Source: an uncultured Alphaproteobacteria bacterium
GTDB lineage: Bacteria; Pseudomonadota; Alphaproteobacteria; Sphingomonadales; SMXR01
Length of the DNA: 64,000 bases
Assembly (NCBI GenBank): GCA_937126915.1
Contig: CAKZLM010000171.1
Span: forward strand, 2,688-66,687
Direction: 5' to 3'
Below, piece by piece: positions 26,826 through 36,249 of the stretch; positions within the stretch are counted from its first letter, which is position 1; each line of letters opens with the position of its first letter. The notes under the pieces are model-generated. The model did no database searches. It saw only the letters and a program-made list of their open reading frames with translations, and had not been told where the DNA came from. The position numbers and the translations under genes were made by a program.

Positions 26826-29800
26826 ATGAGTTCTAACAAGAATCATAATGACTTTGAGCAATTTTTTGAACTATCGAAAGACCTGCTTTGTATCGCTGGA
26901 ACAGATGGTTTTTTTAAAAAGATTAATCATGCCTTTGTCGAACTTTTAAATTTCAGCAAGGAAGAATTATTTTCCAAACAATTTGTTGAATTTGTTCACC
27001 CCGATGATGTTGAGGGAACACTTAAACAGGTTGAGCGATTATCACAGGGTAAAGCCGTCGTTGACTTTGAAAACCGCTATCGTTGTAAGGATGGACAATA
27101 TCGTGCCATTTCTTGGTCTGCCCAACCCACCGCAGACAAAAAAAGACTGTTCGCTATTGGTCGCGATGTCACCAACGAACGCAATGCTCAAAGAGAGTTA
27201 AATCAACTAATTAGCGCCCTCAAAGAAACCACTATTTATGCCAAAACCGATAAAAAAGGCGTGATCCTTGATGTTAATCACAGATTGACCGAAGTTTCGG
27301 GCTATAGCCGGGAAGAACTGGTTGGTGAAACCCACGCCCTGTTAAATTCTGGCGTTCATGACAAGGCCTTTTTTAAAGATATGTGGCAAACCATTTCTTC
27401 TGGTAATGTTTGGTCAGGCATGATTGAAAACAAAGCCAAAGGTGGTCATCATTATTTCGTCAACAGCATCATCGTGCCGATTAAAAACTTTGCAGGCAAA
27501 ATTGAGAATTATATTGCCTTTAGGTTTGATGTAACCGACTATATTGAAGCCAAGGATGAATTACAAAAAACCCTTAAAATTCTTAATGAAACCAGCAGTG
27601 TGGCAAAGGTTGGCGGCTGGGAGCTGGATATAGCAACCGGTGATTTGTTCTGGACCGATGAGACCTTCCGCATTTTAGAAGTTAAAAAACAAGACAACCA
27701 ACGCCCAACCCTGCCTGAGGGGTTAGACCTTTTTACCGATGCCGCAAAACCGATTATTGATGAGGCCGTTCAACGCTGTATCGAGTATGGCGAACCTTAT
27801 TTCTTAGAGTTGGAAGCCTTAACCGCCAAAGGCAACCCACTTTGGGTTTACACCAATGGCGCTCCTAACTTTGTCGATGGTAAGGTTGTGTCTTTGTCAG
27901 GCACCATCCAAAATATTGATGATCGTAAAAAGGCTGAAATTGCCCTAGAGAAGAGCGAAAGTCGCTATCGTGGTATCGTAGAAAATACAGAAGATTTGAT
28001 CGCCATTACAGATGCCGATGGGAAAATTCTTTTCACCAACAGCATGGCAAACACACTGTTGGGTTTAACACCTGATGAAACCAACGGCTTGTCCGTTTAT
28101 CGTATTTTCCATAAAGACGACCGTGAAGCCTTCAGTGCTAGCTTAAGCAATGCCATTAAGGCAAAAGCACCCTCACGGCAACTTCAGTGCCGCCTTGTCG
28201 GAGCAAAAGGCAACGTCCGTGTGGTTTCATGGAACCTGCAAATAATCTATAATGATGATCAAACACCGTTCCAAATCATTGGTATTGGCCGTGACGTCAC
28301 CGACCAGCAAAAATTACAACAAGATCTTAAAAACGCCCTCGAGAAAGCCCAGAATGCTGACCGCGCCAAAACCGACTTTTTGGCCAATATGAGTCATGAA
28401 ATTAGAACCCCGATGAACGGCATTTTAATGTCACTTAATCTAACGCAAAAATCCGATGACCCCGCAAAGGTGGCGAAATTATTGAACACAGCCAATGCGT
28501 CAACCACGTCTTTGTTACAGGTTATTAATGATATTCTTGATTTTTCAAAATTAGAATCAGGGAAAGTGACAATTGAAAATGGTGCCTTTGACCCCAAAGA
28601 GCTGTTGGATCATATCACCGAACTTATGACCCTCGTTGCTGAAGACAAGGGTCTTTCCTTATCAACCACCCTATCTGATGCGCTCCATCAAACCATCGTC
28701 GGTGATAAAATTCGCCTTACTCAGGTGATCACCAATTTTGTCTCTAACGCGATTAAATTCTCTAAGACTGGTACAATAAAGATTAACGCCACCATGGTTG
28801 AAGGGGATAACCCGCGCTTTAGAGTGGATGTCACAGATTGCGGCCCTGGCTTATCACAAGCACAACAGAAACAACTGTTCAAACGCTTTAGCCAATTAGC
28901 GCAAGATCGCAAACAAGCCACCTCGGGTACAGGGCTTGGCCTTGCCATTTCCAAACAATTGATCGACCTAATGGAGGGTCAGATTGGCGTCACCAGCGAT
29001 GGTAAATTCGGCTGCACTTTCTGGTTTGAAGTGCCCCTTGTTTTAGCGGCCGACCAGACAACACAATCAAACAATGATGACAACATTAGCCAGCTGGATC
29101 AGCAATTACATATTCTTTTGGTGGAAGATGTCGACTTTAACCGTGAGCTTGTAACCATGCTGCTGGAAATGCAGGGCCATAAGGTAACAAGCGCCGTCAA
29201 TGGCTATCTTGCCCTTGATATATTGCTCAATCAAAAAGCCACCTTTGACCTTATTTTAATGGATAACCACATGCCCATGATGACGGGCATTCAAGCCACA
29301 TCCACCCTGCGGGCCAGTCGAAACCAAAACAATAATATTCCCATAATCGCCCTTACAGCTGATGTTTTGGCAGAACGCAAAGAAGAATTGTTCGCAGCTG
29401 GGGTCAATGGATTTATTGCCAAGCCCGTTAACGATGCTGATTTAAAAAATGAAATAAACCGTGTGATGTCCTCTGGCCCTGTCTCTGTTACCAAGTCAGA
29501 CGACAATGACTCGCTTTATTCATTAATCTATATCAGTCGACGTTTAAGCGACGACCTTAATATCATTGAACTGTTGAAAAAAGCCCGCACCCTGAATGAT
29601 AATAACAATATCACTGGCGTATTATGGGAAGTGGGTGACTTTTTTGTCCAAACCCTAGAGGGAAAGCGATCAAAGGTTTACGAAACCATGGCACGCATTT
29701 GCCAAAGTGACTTACACACTGACATTCAAATCGTTTTTGCTGAAAACATTGCCGCACGCAAATTTGCGCAATGGTCCATGGCCTTTCCTGATAATGCCCT

Positions 29801-29930
29801 AGATATTCACGATCTTTTGACGCGGCGCTTTGGTCAAGCCGATGATCTTTATGCCATCAACCGCGAACAATTAAGCCGCTATATTTTTGATTCGGCTCAA
29901 CACACTGAATTTTATGAGGAAGGGGAATAA
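26826..29930 (+). CDS. Soluble hybrid sensor histidine kinase: PAS x4, HisKA, HATPase_c, REC and a C-terminal BLUF
   Basis: A 1034-aa ORF. H-box MSHEIRTPMNG (His codon 28395-28397). ATPase boxes DCGPGL / GTGLGLAISK. Receiver HILLVEDVDFN..LILMDNHMP (Asp codon 29262-29264). The C-terminal BLUF motifs are listed in the next feature. Confidence 0.9.
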   Translation: MSSNKNHNDFEQFFELSKDLLCIAGTDGFFKKINHAFVELLNFSKEELFSKQFVEFVHPDDVEGTLKQVERLSQGKAVVDFENRYRCKDGQYRAISWSAQPTADKKRLFAIGRDVTNERNAQRELNQLISALKETTIYAKTDKKGVILDVNHRLTEVSGYSREELVGETHALLNSGVHDKAFFKDMWQTISSGNVWSGMIENKAKGGHHYFVNSIIVPIKNFAGKIENYIAFRFDVTDYIEAKDELQKTLKILNETSSVAKVGGWELDIATGDLFWTDETFRILEVKKQDNQRPTLPEGLDLFTDAAKPIIDEAVQRCIEYGEPYFLELEALTAKGNPLWVYTNGAPNFVDGKVVSLSGTIQNIDDRKKAEIALEKSESRYRGIVENTEDLIAITDADGKILFTNSMANTLLGLTPDETNGLSVYRIFHKDDREAFSASLSNAIKAKAPSRQLQCRLVGAKGNVRVVSWNLQIIYNDDQTPFQIIGIGRDVTDQQKLQQDLKNALEKAQNADRAKTDFLANMSHEIRTPMNGILMSLNLTQKSDDPAKVAKLLNTANASTTSLLQVINDILDFSKLESGKVTIENGAFDPKELLDHITELMTLVAEDKGLSLSTTLSDALHQTIVGDKIRLTQVITNFVSNAIKFSKTGTIKINATMVEGDNPRFRVDVTDCGPGLSQAQQKQLFKRFSQLAQDRKQATSGTGLGLAISKQLIDLMEGQIGVTSDGKFGCTFWFEVPLVLAADQTTQSNNDDNISQLDQQLHILLVEDVDFNRELVTMLLEMQGHKVTSAVNGYLALDILLNQKATFDLILMDNHMPMMTGIQATSTLRASRNQNNNIPIIALTADVLAERKEELFAAGVNGFIAKPVNDADLKNEINRVMSSGPVSVTKSDDNDSLYSLIYISRRLSDDLNIIELLKKARTLNDNNNITGVLWEVGDFFVQTLEGKRSKVYETMARICQSDLHTDIQIVFAENIAARKFAQWSMAFPDNALDIHDLLTRRFGQADDLYAINREQLSRYIFDSAQHTEFYEEGE
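29521..29800 (+). other. BLUF domain at the C-terminus of the hybrid kinase (domain-level feature)
   Basis: SLYSLIYISRR...NNITGVLWEVGDFFVQTLEGKRSKVYETMARICQSDLHTD...FAQWSMAF. The Tyr, Gln and Trp-x-Met positions typical of BLUF are all present. Confidence 0.75.
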
Positions 29931-30015
29931 TCACCCGCCATTTAAGTTTCGATGCCCCATCTTATGCTGCTTAGCCTTCTACAAAATGTGCTTGTTAAAT
30001 GCACACAAAGATATC

Positions 30016-30837
30016 ATGATGAAAAAAAGATATAGCCCTCTTAGAAATGATGCCAAATTGAAAAAAGCCCTAAAATACGCTGCTACATCCCTGTTGATGT
30101 CTCTAAGTTTTGCAATCACACCGCTTTTCGCTCTGGATGAAGAACCGATCATTTTTGGTACCAGCTTTAGATTGGCCGAACAATCGCGCGACTTAAGCAA
30201 GGCTATTATGAGCAAGTTTTGTCAGAGCGAAAATTTAAGCTGCGACATACGCTTTCTACCGCAAGAACGGCTCAACCGTGACTTTTCGCTAAATATTATC
30301 GATATTTTACTGTTCCGCGATCATGTCGTCGATGATCGCCACCGTCAGACGTCATACCCGTTTGCCGCAACCACGCTTTTGGCCATTGAATATCCAAAAG
30401 CAGAAAACAAAACAGCCACTTTCACTACTGATGGGATTAATCCCCAAGCAACCATTGCATGGCAGCGCGGCGATAACCTTGAAGGTACGCTGAATTTTCA
30501 GGGCTCTGTGATCGAGATAGAGGGCTTTGAACAAGGACTTCAATTGGTAAGAGCTGGCAGAATCAGTGCCTATTTTGAATGGAATACCGAGATACTGATC
30601 CGCACCACTTATGAAGACTTAAGCCAGCAAGGTTTTATCTTAACGCCCATCATTGAAGACGTTCCGCTTTACCCTATGCGGAACCTAGAAGAAGAAAACA
30701 TCATCATCATTGACCTTTTAAGCCAGTGGTATATCGGCATGCATGAAAAAGGCGAACTTTTACCCATATATGAAAGATTTGGCCTAAAAGACGCCTACCC
30801 CTTCCACAAAAACTGGCAAAAATGGCTTAAAGACTAA
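30016..30837 (+). CDS. Secreted substrate-binding-protein-like protein (divergent type-3 SBP fold)
   Basis: The ATG at 30016 begins MMKKRYSPL.. with a signal-like LLMSLSFAITPLFA. The rest has a weak bilobed SBP-like pattern. The ORF-track start at 29887 overlaps the kinase 3' end and is unlikely. Confidence 0.45.
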   Translation: MMKKRYSPLRNDAKLKKALKYAATSLLMSLSFAITPLFALDEEPIIFGTSFRLAEQSRDLSKAIMSKFCQSENLSCDIRFLPQERLNRDFSLNIIDILLFRDHVVDDRHRQTSYPFAATTLLAIEYPKAENKTATFTTDGINPQATIAWQRGDNLEGTLNFQGSVIEIEGFEQGLQLVRAGRISAYFEWNTEILIRTTYEDLSQQGFILTPIIEDVPLYPMRNLEEENIIIIDLLSQWYIGMHEKGELLPIYERFGLKDAYPFHKNWQKWLKD

Positions 30838-31039
30838 GTCCTTTAACTATCAAAGGCTCCTGTTCAATGGAATCTTATGCTCAGCCGCCTCTCGTAATTG
30901 CCATAAAATCCTATTATTTCATCTATTATAGAAAATAATTCCTTTTTTATTGACGATTACCCCTCTCAAATAGAACATATTGCTAAAGCGGTATGATTTG
31001 TCATACAATTTATGAAGCCTATTTCGGAGAAAAAAACCG

Positions 31040-31996
31040 ATGAGCATTATCTATATCATTCATGAAAACGATGAATGGGTTGCCCCACTGAAGTTAGCCT
31101 TAGATAATATCGCTGCCCCCTATCGAGAATGGCACATGGGTAAGGGCCACTTTAATATTTCTGAGCGGCCTCCCGAGGGTATATTTTATAATCGTATGAG
31201 TGCAAGCTCTCACACTCGTGGCCATAGATTTGCACCTGAGTTAACTGCTGTTATTTTGCCTTGGTTGGAACGGCATAACCGAACTGTGGTCAATGGCTCT
31301 TCCGCCTTGAATATAGAATTAAGCAAAGCTCAACAACAAATGGCCTTTGAGAGTCATAATATTGTCACCCCCAAAACCCTTTACGCGCAAAACAAAGAAG
31401 ATATTGTCTCTGCTGCCAAACACTTTTCCACCCCCTTTATCATTAAGCATAATCGCGCGGGCAAAGGACTGGGAGTATTTTTGTGTACCCATCAAAGTGA
31501 CCTATTGGAACATCTGCAAAGCGAACAGTTCTCGCCATCTATTGATGGTATTCATCTGTTGCAAGATTATATCCAATCGCCATCCCAATCGATTGTTCGA
31601 ATGGAGTTTGTTGGTGGCAAATTCCTTTATGCCGTAGAGGTCAGCACCGGTGGCAGTTTTGAATTATGCCCAGCAGATCAGTGTAATATTGAAGGCGCTT
31701 TTTGCCCAACCAATGATACAACACTCTCCCAAGGGCCAAAGTTTAAGATCATCAACCATTACCAAAACCCCCTTATACCGCACTATGAAGCTTTGTTAGA
31801 AACGCATAACATCCAGATTGCAGGTATCGAATATATTGTCGACGCCAATGGGCAGTCTTACGCTTATGATATTAATACCAATACCAATTATAATAGTGAG
31901 GCCGAAAAGCAGGCGGGCATCTACGGTATGAAAGCTATCGCTAGCTATTTAGCAGACTTGGCCCAAAAAAAATATCCTCTGGGTAAAGCCAGCTAA
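31040..31996 (+). CDS. ATP-grasp domain protein (RimK/glutathione-synthetase-like ligase), substrate unknown
   Basis: A 318-aa ORF with FIIKHNRAGKGLGVF (Lys/Gly-rich loop), LLQDYI and a late IAGIEYIVD..YAYDINTNTNY Mg/ATP region typical of the ATP-grasp fold. Confidence 0.65.
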   Translation: MSIIYIIHENDEWVAPLKLALDNIAAPYREWHMGKGHFNISERPPEGIFYNRMSASSHTRGHRFAPELTAVILPWLERHNRTVVNGSSALNIELSKAQQQMAFESHNIVTPKTLYAQNKEDIVSAAKHFSTPFIIKHNRAGKGLGVFLCTHQSDLLEHLQSEQFSPSIDGIHLLQDYIQSPSQSIVRMEFVGGKFLYAVEVSTGGSFELCPADQCNIEGAFCPTNDTTLSQGPKFKIINHYQNPLIPHYEALLETHNIQIAGIEYIVDANGQSYAYDINTNTNYNSEAEKQAGIYGMKAIASYLADLAQKKYPLGKAS

Positions 31997-32013
31997 TATG
32001 CCAAAGTTGTGAA

Positions 32014-32050
32014 CAAAAAAAGGCCTAGGATGATTATCCTAAGCCTTTTT
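32014..32050. terminator. Bidirectional terminator between the ATP-grasp gene and tRNA-Ala
   Basis: A 10-bp stem at 32022-32031 / 32036-32045, flanked by an A-run (32014-32021) and a T-run (32046-32050). The single mismatch becomes G:U on the minus-strand RNA. Confidence 0.7.
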
Positions 32051-32053
32051 AAT

Positions 32054-32129
32054 TGGTGGAGCCGATCGGGATCGAACCGACGACCTCTACACTGCCAGTG
32101 TAGCGCTCTCCCAGCTGAGCTACGGCCCC
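32054..32129 (-). tRNA. tRNA-Ala (anticodon GGC)
   Basis: The reverse complement folds as a 76-nt cloverleaf: GGGGCCG-TA-GCTC-AGCTGGGA-GAGC-G-CTACA-CTGGCAG-TGTAG-AGGTC-GTCGG-TTCGATC-CCGAT-CGGCTCC-ACCA. The G3:U70 alanine identity pair is present and CCA is encoded. Confidence 0.95.
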
Positions 32130-32198
32130 AAATTCTTATGCGCTGTTTGATATGGCGATTAGATCAGAAAATCAAGCCAAAAAACAGCTTATCAGAGA

Positions 32199-32519
32199 TT
32201 ATTCGTCATCAACCTTTTTGATCGGTGCATCGATAACGTCTGACATGTCATCATCTTCATCATCGTCAATGGCAACGCCAGCACTGTCATCATCGGCTGG
32301 AACAACAACATCATCGTCGTCATCCAACAAGATGTCGTCATCATCTGATTCATCGTCAGCTTCTTCAGCAATGTGCGGTTGCTTGGCCTTCAAAATTGGC
32401 TCAGGCACCCATTCGTTACCACATGCTATACAAATGGCGGGATCTTCTTTGCCAAGATCGTAAAAGCGCTCACCACACTTAGGGCAGGTTCGCTTTGTTC
32501 CCCATTCAGCTTTAGCCAC
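32199..32519 (-). CDS. TIGR02300 (FYDLN_acid) family zinc-ribbon protein with an acidic tail
   Basis: MAKAEWGTKRTCPKCGERFYDLGKEDPAICIACG matches the family signature. It is followed by a poly-Asp/Glu tail. Confidence 0.8.
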   Translation of the reverse strand: MAKAEWGTKRTCPKCGERFYDLGKEDPAICIACGNEWVPEPILKAKQPHIAEEADDESDDDDILLDDDDDVVVPADDDSAGVAIDDDEDDDMSDVIDAPIKKVDDE

Positions 32520-32737
32520 GGGCTATCTCCAATGTTTGTCTGTTAAACTCTATAAGAGGCGTGTCTTGCCACTAGATGACCCACGTGTCAAAGAAAAATT
32601 CACACCTTGCCGCTGTTTCGGTTTAACGGCGCATGAAAACCCCTCGACAAGGCCTTTAAGAGAGCTATATATAAAGCAAGTTAAGGAGGCGTTAAAAGCC
32701 GCATTTTTCTCCTGAAAATAAGGGAATAAAAGAAACC

Positions 32738-33382
32738 ATGAGTAAAATCATTATCGCCATAGATGGTCCTGCTGCAGCAGGAAAAGGAACCCTGGCCCGC
32801 AAATTAGCGGCGCATTATGATTTTGCTTATCTTGATACCGGCAGTCTCTACCGTGCGGTTGCACTAACCCTGATATTATCAGGTAAGCCAGACCCCAGCG
32901 AATCAGAAGCGGAAGACGCGGCCAATAATCTTAATCCAGCCATTTTAACCGATTCGGAATTACGGGCTGAGGCCACTGGAAAATTGGCTTCTCGCGTGGC
33001 AACCATGCAAAAAGTGCGCGACGCCTTGAAAATTTTCCAAATTGACTTTGCTAATAATCCTCCAGAAGGCCAACAAGGCGCTGTCCTAGACGGGCGTGAT
33101 ATTGGCACGGTTATTTGCCCTGATGCGCCGTGCAAAATTTACGTTACCGCCACTGACCAGGTGCGTGCAAAGCGGCGCTGGATGGAGCTTAGCGCTCGCG
33201 GCGACGAGCGTCCCTTTAATGACATCTTACAAGATTTAATCGCCCGCGACAGGCAAGACCAACAACGCGCCGCGGCCCCTTTGAAGCCCGCTAAAGATGC
33301 TTACCGCCTCGATACCTCTGACCTCAGTCCTGAGGCGGTGTTAAAAAAAGCCATTGAAATAGTTGATTCCCGCATAAAATAA
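32738..33382 (+). CDS. cmk: Cytidylate kinase
   Basis: P-loop IAIDGPAAAGKGT, YLDTGSLYR and the DGRDIGT motif. 214 aa. The conserved cmk-rpsA order is present. Confidence 0.93.
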   Translation: MSKIIIAIDGPAAAGKGTLARKLAAHYDFAYLDTGSLYRAVALTLILSGKPDPSESEAEDAANNLNPAILTDSELRAEATGKLASRVATMQKVRDALKIFQIDFANNPPEGQQGAVLDGRDIGTVICPDAPCKIYVTATDQVRAKRRWMELSARGDERPFNDILQDLIARDRQDQQRAAAPLKPAKDAYRLDTSDLSPEAVLKKAIEIVDSRIK

Positions 33383-33548
33383 GTGTACAAGCGCGGCGGA
33401 TTTGATGATGCCTTAGGCCTTAATAATATGAAATCCTTGATGAGCAAGGATTTGGGCCAAAGGAAGACCGCCGACATATAACCGTACCACAGATGTTTTA
33501 AGACATAGGACGGCTCGGCTGGCAAGACACCTGGTTGGAGCCATTCCT

Positions 33549-35240
33549 ATGACTGAAGCCATTAGCTTCCCTACCACCGAAGATTTTGAATCCCTTTTGA
33601 ACGAAACCTTGAACGAAGACACCGGTTTTGAAGGTGCTGTTGTTCGCGGTACAGTTCTAAGCATTGAAAATGAATTTGCCATTGTTGACATTGGCCTAAA
33701 AGCTGAAGGCCGCGTTCCTCTACGTGAATTTGGCCGCGCTGAAGGCGAACAAGTTCAAATTGGCGACGAAGTTGAAGTATTTGTTGATCGCATTGAGAAC
33801 GCCAATGGCGAAGCCATTCTAAGCCGTGAAAAAGCCCGTCGTGAAGAGGCTTGGGAACAGCTTGAGAAAGCTTGTGAAGCTGATGAGCGTGTTGATGGTG
33901 TTATCTTTGGCCGCGTTAAAGGCGGTTTCACTGTTGACCTTTCTGGTGCCGTTGCCTTCTTACCAGGCAGCCAAGTAGACGTACGTCCTATCCGTGACGT
34001 AACGCCGTTGATGAACATTTCTCAACCATTCCAAATTTTGAAAATGGACCGCAAGCGTGGCAACATCGTTGTATCACGTCGTGCTGTTCTTGAAGAGAAG
34101 CGTGCTGAGCAACGTGCTGAATTGATGTCTAACCTTACCGAAGGTAATGTTGTTGAAGGTGTTGTTAAAAACATCACTGACTACGGTGCCTTTGTTGACT
34201 TGGGCGGCATTGACGGATTGCTACACGTTACCGACATGTCATGGCGTCGTATCAATGATCCGAAAGAAGTTCTTACTGTTGGTGAGACAATCAAAGTTCA
34301 GATCATTCGTATCAACCCTGAAACCCACCGCATTTCTCTTGGCATGAAACAGCTTGAGAGCGATCCTTGGGAAGGCGTTGAAGCCAAATACCCAATCGGT
34401 TCTAAATTCACTGGCCGCGTAACCAACATCACTGACTATGGTGCCTTCATTGAGATGGAATCAGGTGTTGAAGGTTTGGTTCACGTTTCAGAAATGTCTT
34501 GGGTTAAGAAAAACATTCACCCGAACAAAATCGTTTCTCCTTCTGAGGAAGTAGAAGTGATGGTTCTTGAAGTTGATCAAGACAAGCGTCGTATCTCTTT
34601 GGGTCTTAAACAATGTGTTGAAAACCCATGGCTGGCGTTCTCTGACAAATACCCTGTGGGTACTGAGATCGAAGGCGAGATCAAAAACATCACTGAATTT
34701 GGTCTGTTCATTGGTCTTGACCAAGACGTTGACGGCATGGTTCACATGTCTGACCTTGATTGGGACAAATCTGGCGAAGATGCATTGGCTGACTATAAAA
34801 AAGGCGATGTTGTTAAAGCTGTTGTTCTTGACATTGACGGCGAAAAAGAGCGCATCTCTCTAGGCATTAAACAGCTTAGCAGCGATCCTTTCGCTAACGT
34901 AATGAACAAGAAAAAAGGCCAAACTGTTCAAGCCACTGTTACTGAAGTAACTGAAAACGGTCTTGAAGTATCACTAGGTGACAGCGGTATTACGGCGTTC
35001 ATCCGTCGTTCTGACCTTAGCCGTGACCGCAACGAGCAACGCCCAGAGCGTTTCAGCGTTGGTGACACAGTTGACGCCCAAATCACCCAAATTGACAAAT
35101 CTTCTCGTAAGCTTTCTTTGAGCATCAAAGCTCTTGAAATTTCAGAAGAGAAACAAGCAGTTGCTCAGTACGGTTCGTCTGACAGTGGCGCTAGCTTGGG
35201 TGACATTCTTGGTGCTGCCTTGAATAAAGACGACGAATAA
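33549..35240 (+). CDS. rpsA: 30S ribosomal protein S1
   Basis: A 563-aa ORF with six S1 repeats (for example GVVKNITDYGAFVDLGGIDGLLHVTDMSW). Confidence 0.96.
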   Translation: MTEAISFPTTEDFESLLNETLNEDTGFEGAVVRGTVLSIENEFAIVDIGLKAEGRVPLREFGRAEGEQVQIGDEVEVFVDRIENANGEAILSREKARREEAWEQLEKACEADERVDGVIFGRVKGGFTVDLSGAVAFLPGSQVDVRPIRDVTPLMNISQPFQILKMDRKRGNIVVSRRAVLEEKRAEQRAELMSNLTEGNVVEGVVKNITDYGAFVDLGGIDGLLHVTDMSWRRINDPKEVLTVGETIKVQIIRINPETHRISLGMKQLESDPWEGVEAKYPIGSKFTGRVTNITDYGAFIEMESGVEGLVHVSEMSWVKKNIHPNKIVSPSEEVEVMVLEVDQDKRRISLGLKQCVENPWLAFSDKYPVGTEIEGEIKNITEFGLFIGLDQDVDGMVHMSDLDWDKSGEDALADYKKGDVVKAVVLDIDGEKERISLGIKQLSSDPFANVMNKKKGQTVQATVTEVTENGLEVSLGDSGITAFIRRSDLSRDRNEQRPERFSVGDTVDAQITQIDKSSRKLSLSIKALEISEEKQAVAQYGSSDSGASLGDILGAALNKDDE

Positions 35241-35270
35241 ACGACTCGTCTTTAAAACTTTTTAAATTTG

Positions 35271-35301
35271 CCTCGCTTGGTTTTCCAAGCGGGGCTTTTT
35301 T
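35271..35301 (+). terminator. Rho-independent terminator after rpsA
   Basis: A 10-bp stem CCTCGCTTGG / CCAAGCGGGG (one G:U pair) with loop TTTT, followed by CTTTTTT. Confidence 0.8.
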
Positions 35302-35513
35302 ATGGTTAACGCCTAATATTTTGTTTTACAAAGCGAAAAAAACTTCCTTTTATACTACTTTTTTGTGTATTTTGGGACATCTTACCTAAAAAAAGGTTGT
35401 CAGCAAGGCCCAAGATAGTGCTTAATGTTGCCTCTGATGATACTTTAAATAGATTGTATTAAGTGGTAAATAAAGTAATCCCAACAGCAACTTATAACAT
35501 TCAGGACGGCACC

Positions 35514-35798
35514 ATGATTAAATCTGAATTGATCGCAAAATTGATTGATGACAACCCGCACCTTTATCAACGTGATATTGAACGGATCGTCTCTACCATT
35601 TTTGATGAGATTACCGATGCGCTTTCACGTGGCGACCGTGTTGAATTGCGCGGCTTTGGTGCTTTTTCTGTTAAACACCGTCCACCACGCGTTGGTCGTA
35701 ACCCTCGCACGGGTGAATCGGTTAATGTGCCTGAAAAATGGGTGCCTTATTTCAAAACCGGTAAAGAGTTACGCGAACGTCTAAACACAGACGACTAA
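35514..35798 (+). CDS. ihfB: Integration host factor subunit beta
   Basis: [10 protein letters not shown]...[29 protein letters not shown] is HU/IHF-family and beta-like. The ATG at 35514 is preferred over the ORF-track start at 35463. Confidence 0.9.
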   Translation: MIKSELIAKLIDDNPHLYQRDIERIVSTIFDEITDALSRGDRVELRGFGAFSVKHRPPRVGRNPRTGESVNVPEKWVPYFKTGKELRERLNTDD

Positions 35799-35804
35799 TT
35801 TCTG

Positions 35805-36164
35805 ATGATTGTATGGTTTAAACGCGTTGTTTTTATAACCATCACGCTTGCCCTCATCTTATGGATGGTGGCGAACCGTCAGCCTGTGGCCGTTTCCTTC
35901 TCACCCTTGCCCTATCAATGGGATATTCCACTTTATCTGGTTCTTTTTGCTGGCATCTTTCTGGGTCTTTTGATAGCAGGTATTGTCACCAGCCTAAAAC
36001 GCGCTCAAGGCGCGTTAGAGCGCCAGCGTATCAAACGCGAAAAAGCCCAAGCTGAATCAGAAAAACACAGCCTTGAAGACGCCCTTAACCAGCAACTGAA
36101 ACAAGACCATTCACCAGATCAAACGAAACCAGACCCCACTCAAGCACGGTTAAACAAGTCATAA
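35805..36164 (+). CDS. LapA-family (DUF1049) inner-membrane protein
   Basis: Has two TM segments and then a charged coiled tail. It sits in the conserved position between ihfB and pyrF. Confidence 0.65.
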   Translation: MIVWFKRVVFITITLALILWMVANRQPVAVSFSPLPYQWDIPLYLVLFAGIFLGLLIAGIVTSLKRAQGALERQRIKREKAQAESEKHSLEDALNQQLKQDHSPDQTKPDPTQARLNKS

Positions 36165-36249
36165 TGCCTTTCTAGCCCGATAATTGACTATTTCCAGCGC
36201 GCGCAAAATCAGTTATATGCATGGCAGTTTATTGCCAAGGAGAAACTGC

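Noticed and set aside
30867-30938. A 23-codon ORF (MESYAQPPLVIAIKSYYFIYYRK) upstream of the ATP-grasp gene as a possible RiPP precursor
   Set aside because: It has no Shine-Dalgarno sequence. It lacks the Thr/Ser/Asp/Glu/Lys-rich core expected of ATP-grasp-modified (omega-ester or microviridin-like) peptides. It lies in an AT-rich promoter-like region, so it is most likely chance.
26611-32053. Genomic island integrated at the 3' end of tRNA-Ala (BLUF kinase, SBP-like and ATP-grasp genes)
   Set aside because: I found no integrase or recombinase, and no direct repeat of the tRNA 3' end (TGGTGGAGCCGATCGGGATCGAACC) elsewhere in the window. There are no mobility genes. The apparent AT-richness is only a visual impression. 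I kept the individual genes as findings but not an island call.
32152-32463. A 103-aa Ser-rich ORF on the plus strand
   Set aside because: It is the antisense shadow of the poly-Asp/Glu tail of the TIGR02300 gene, where GAT/GAC/GAA repeats read as ATC/GTC/TCA on the other strand. It has no SD and no independent support.
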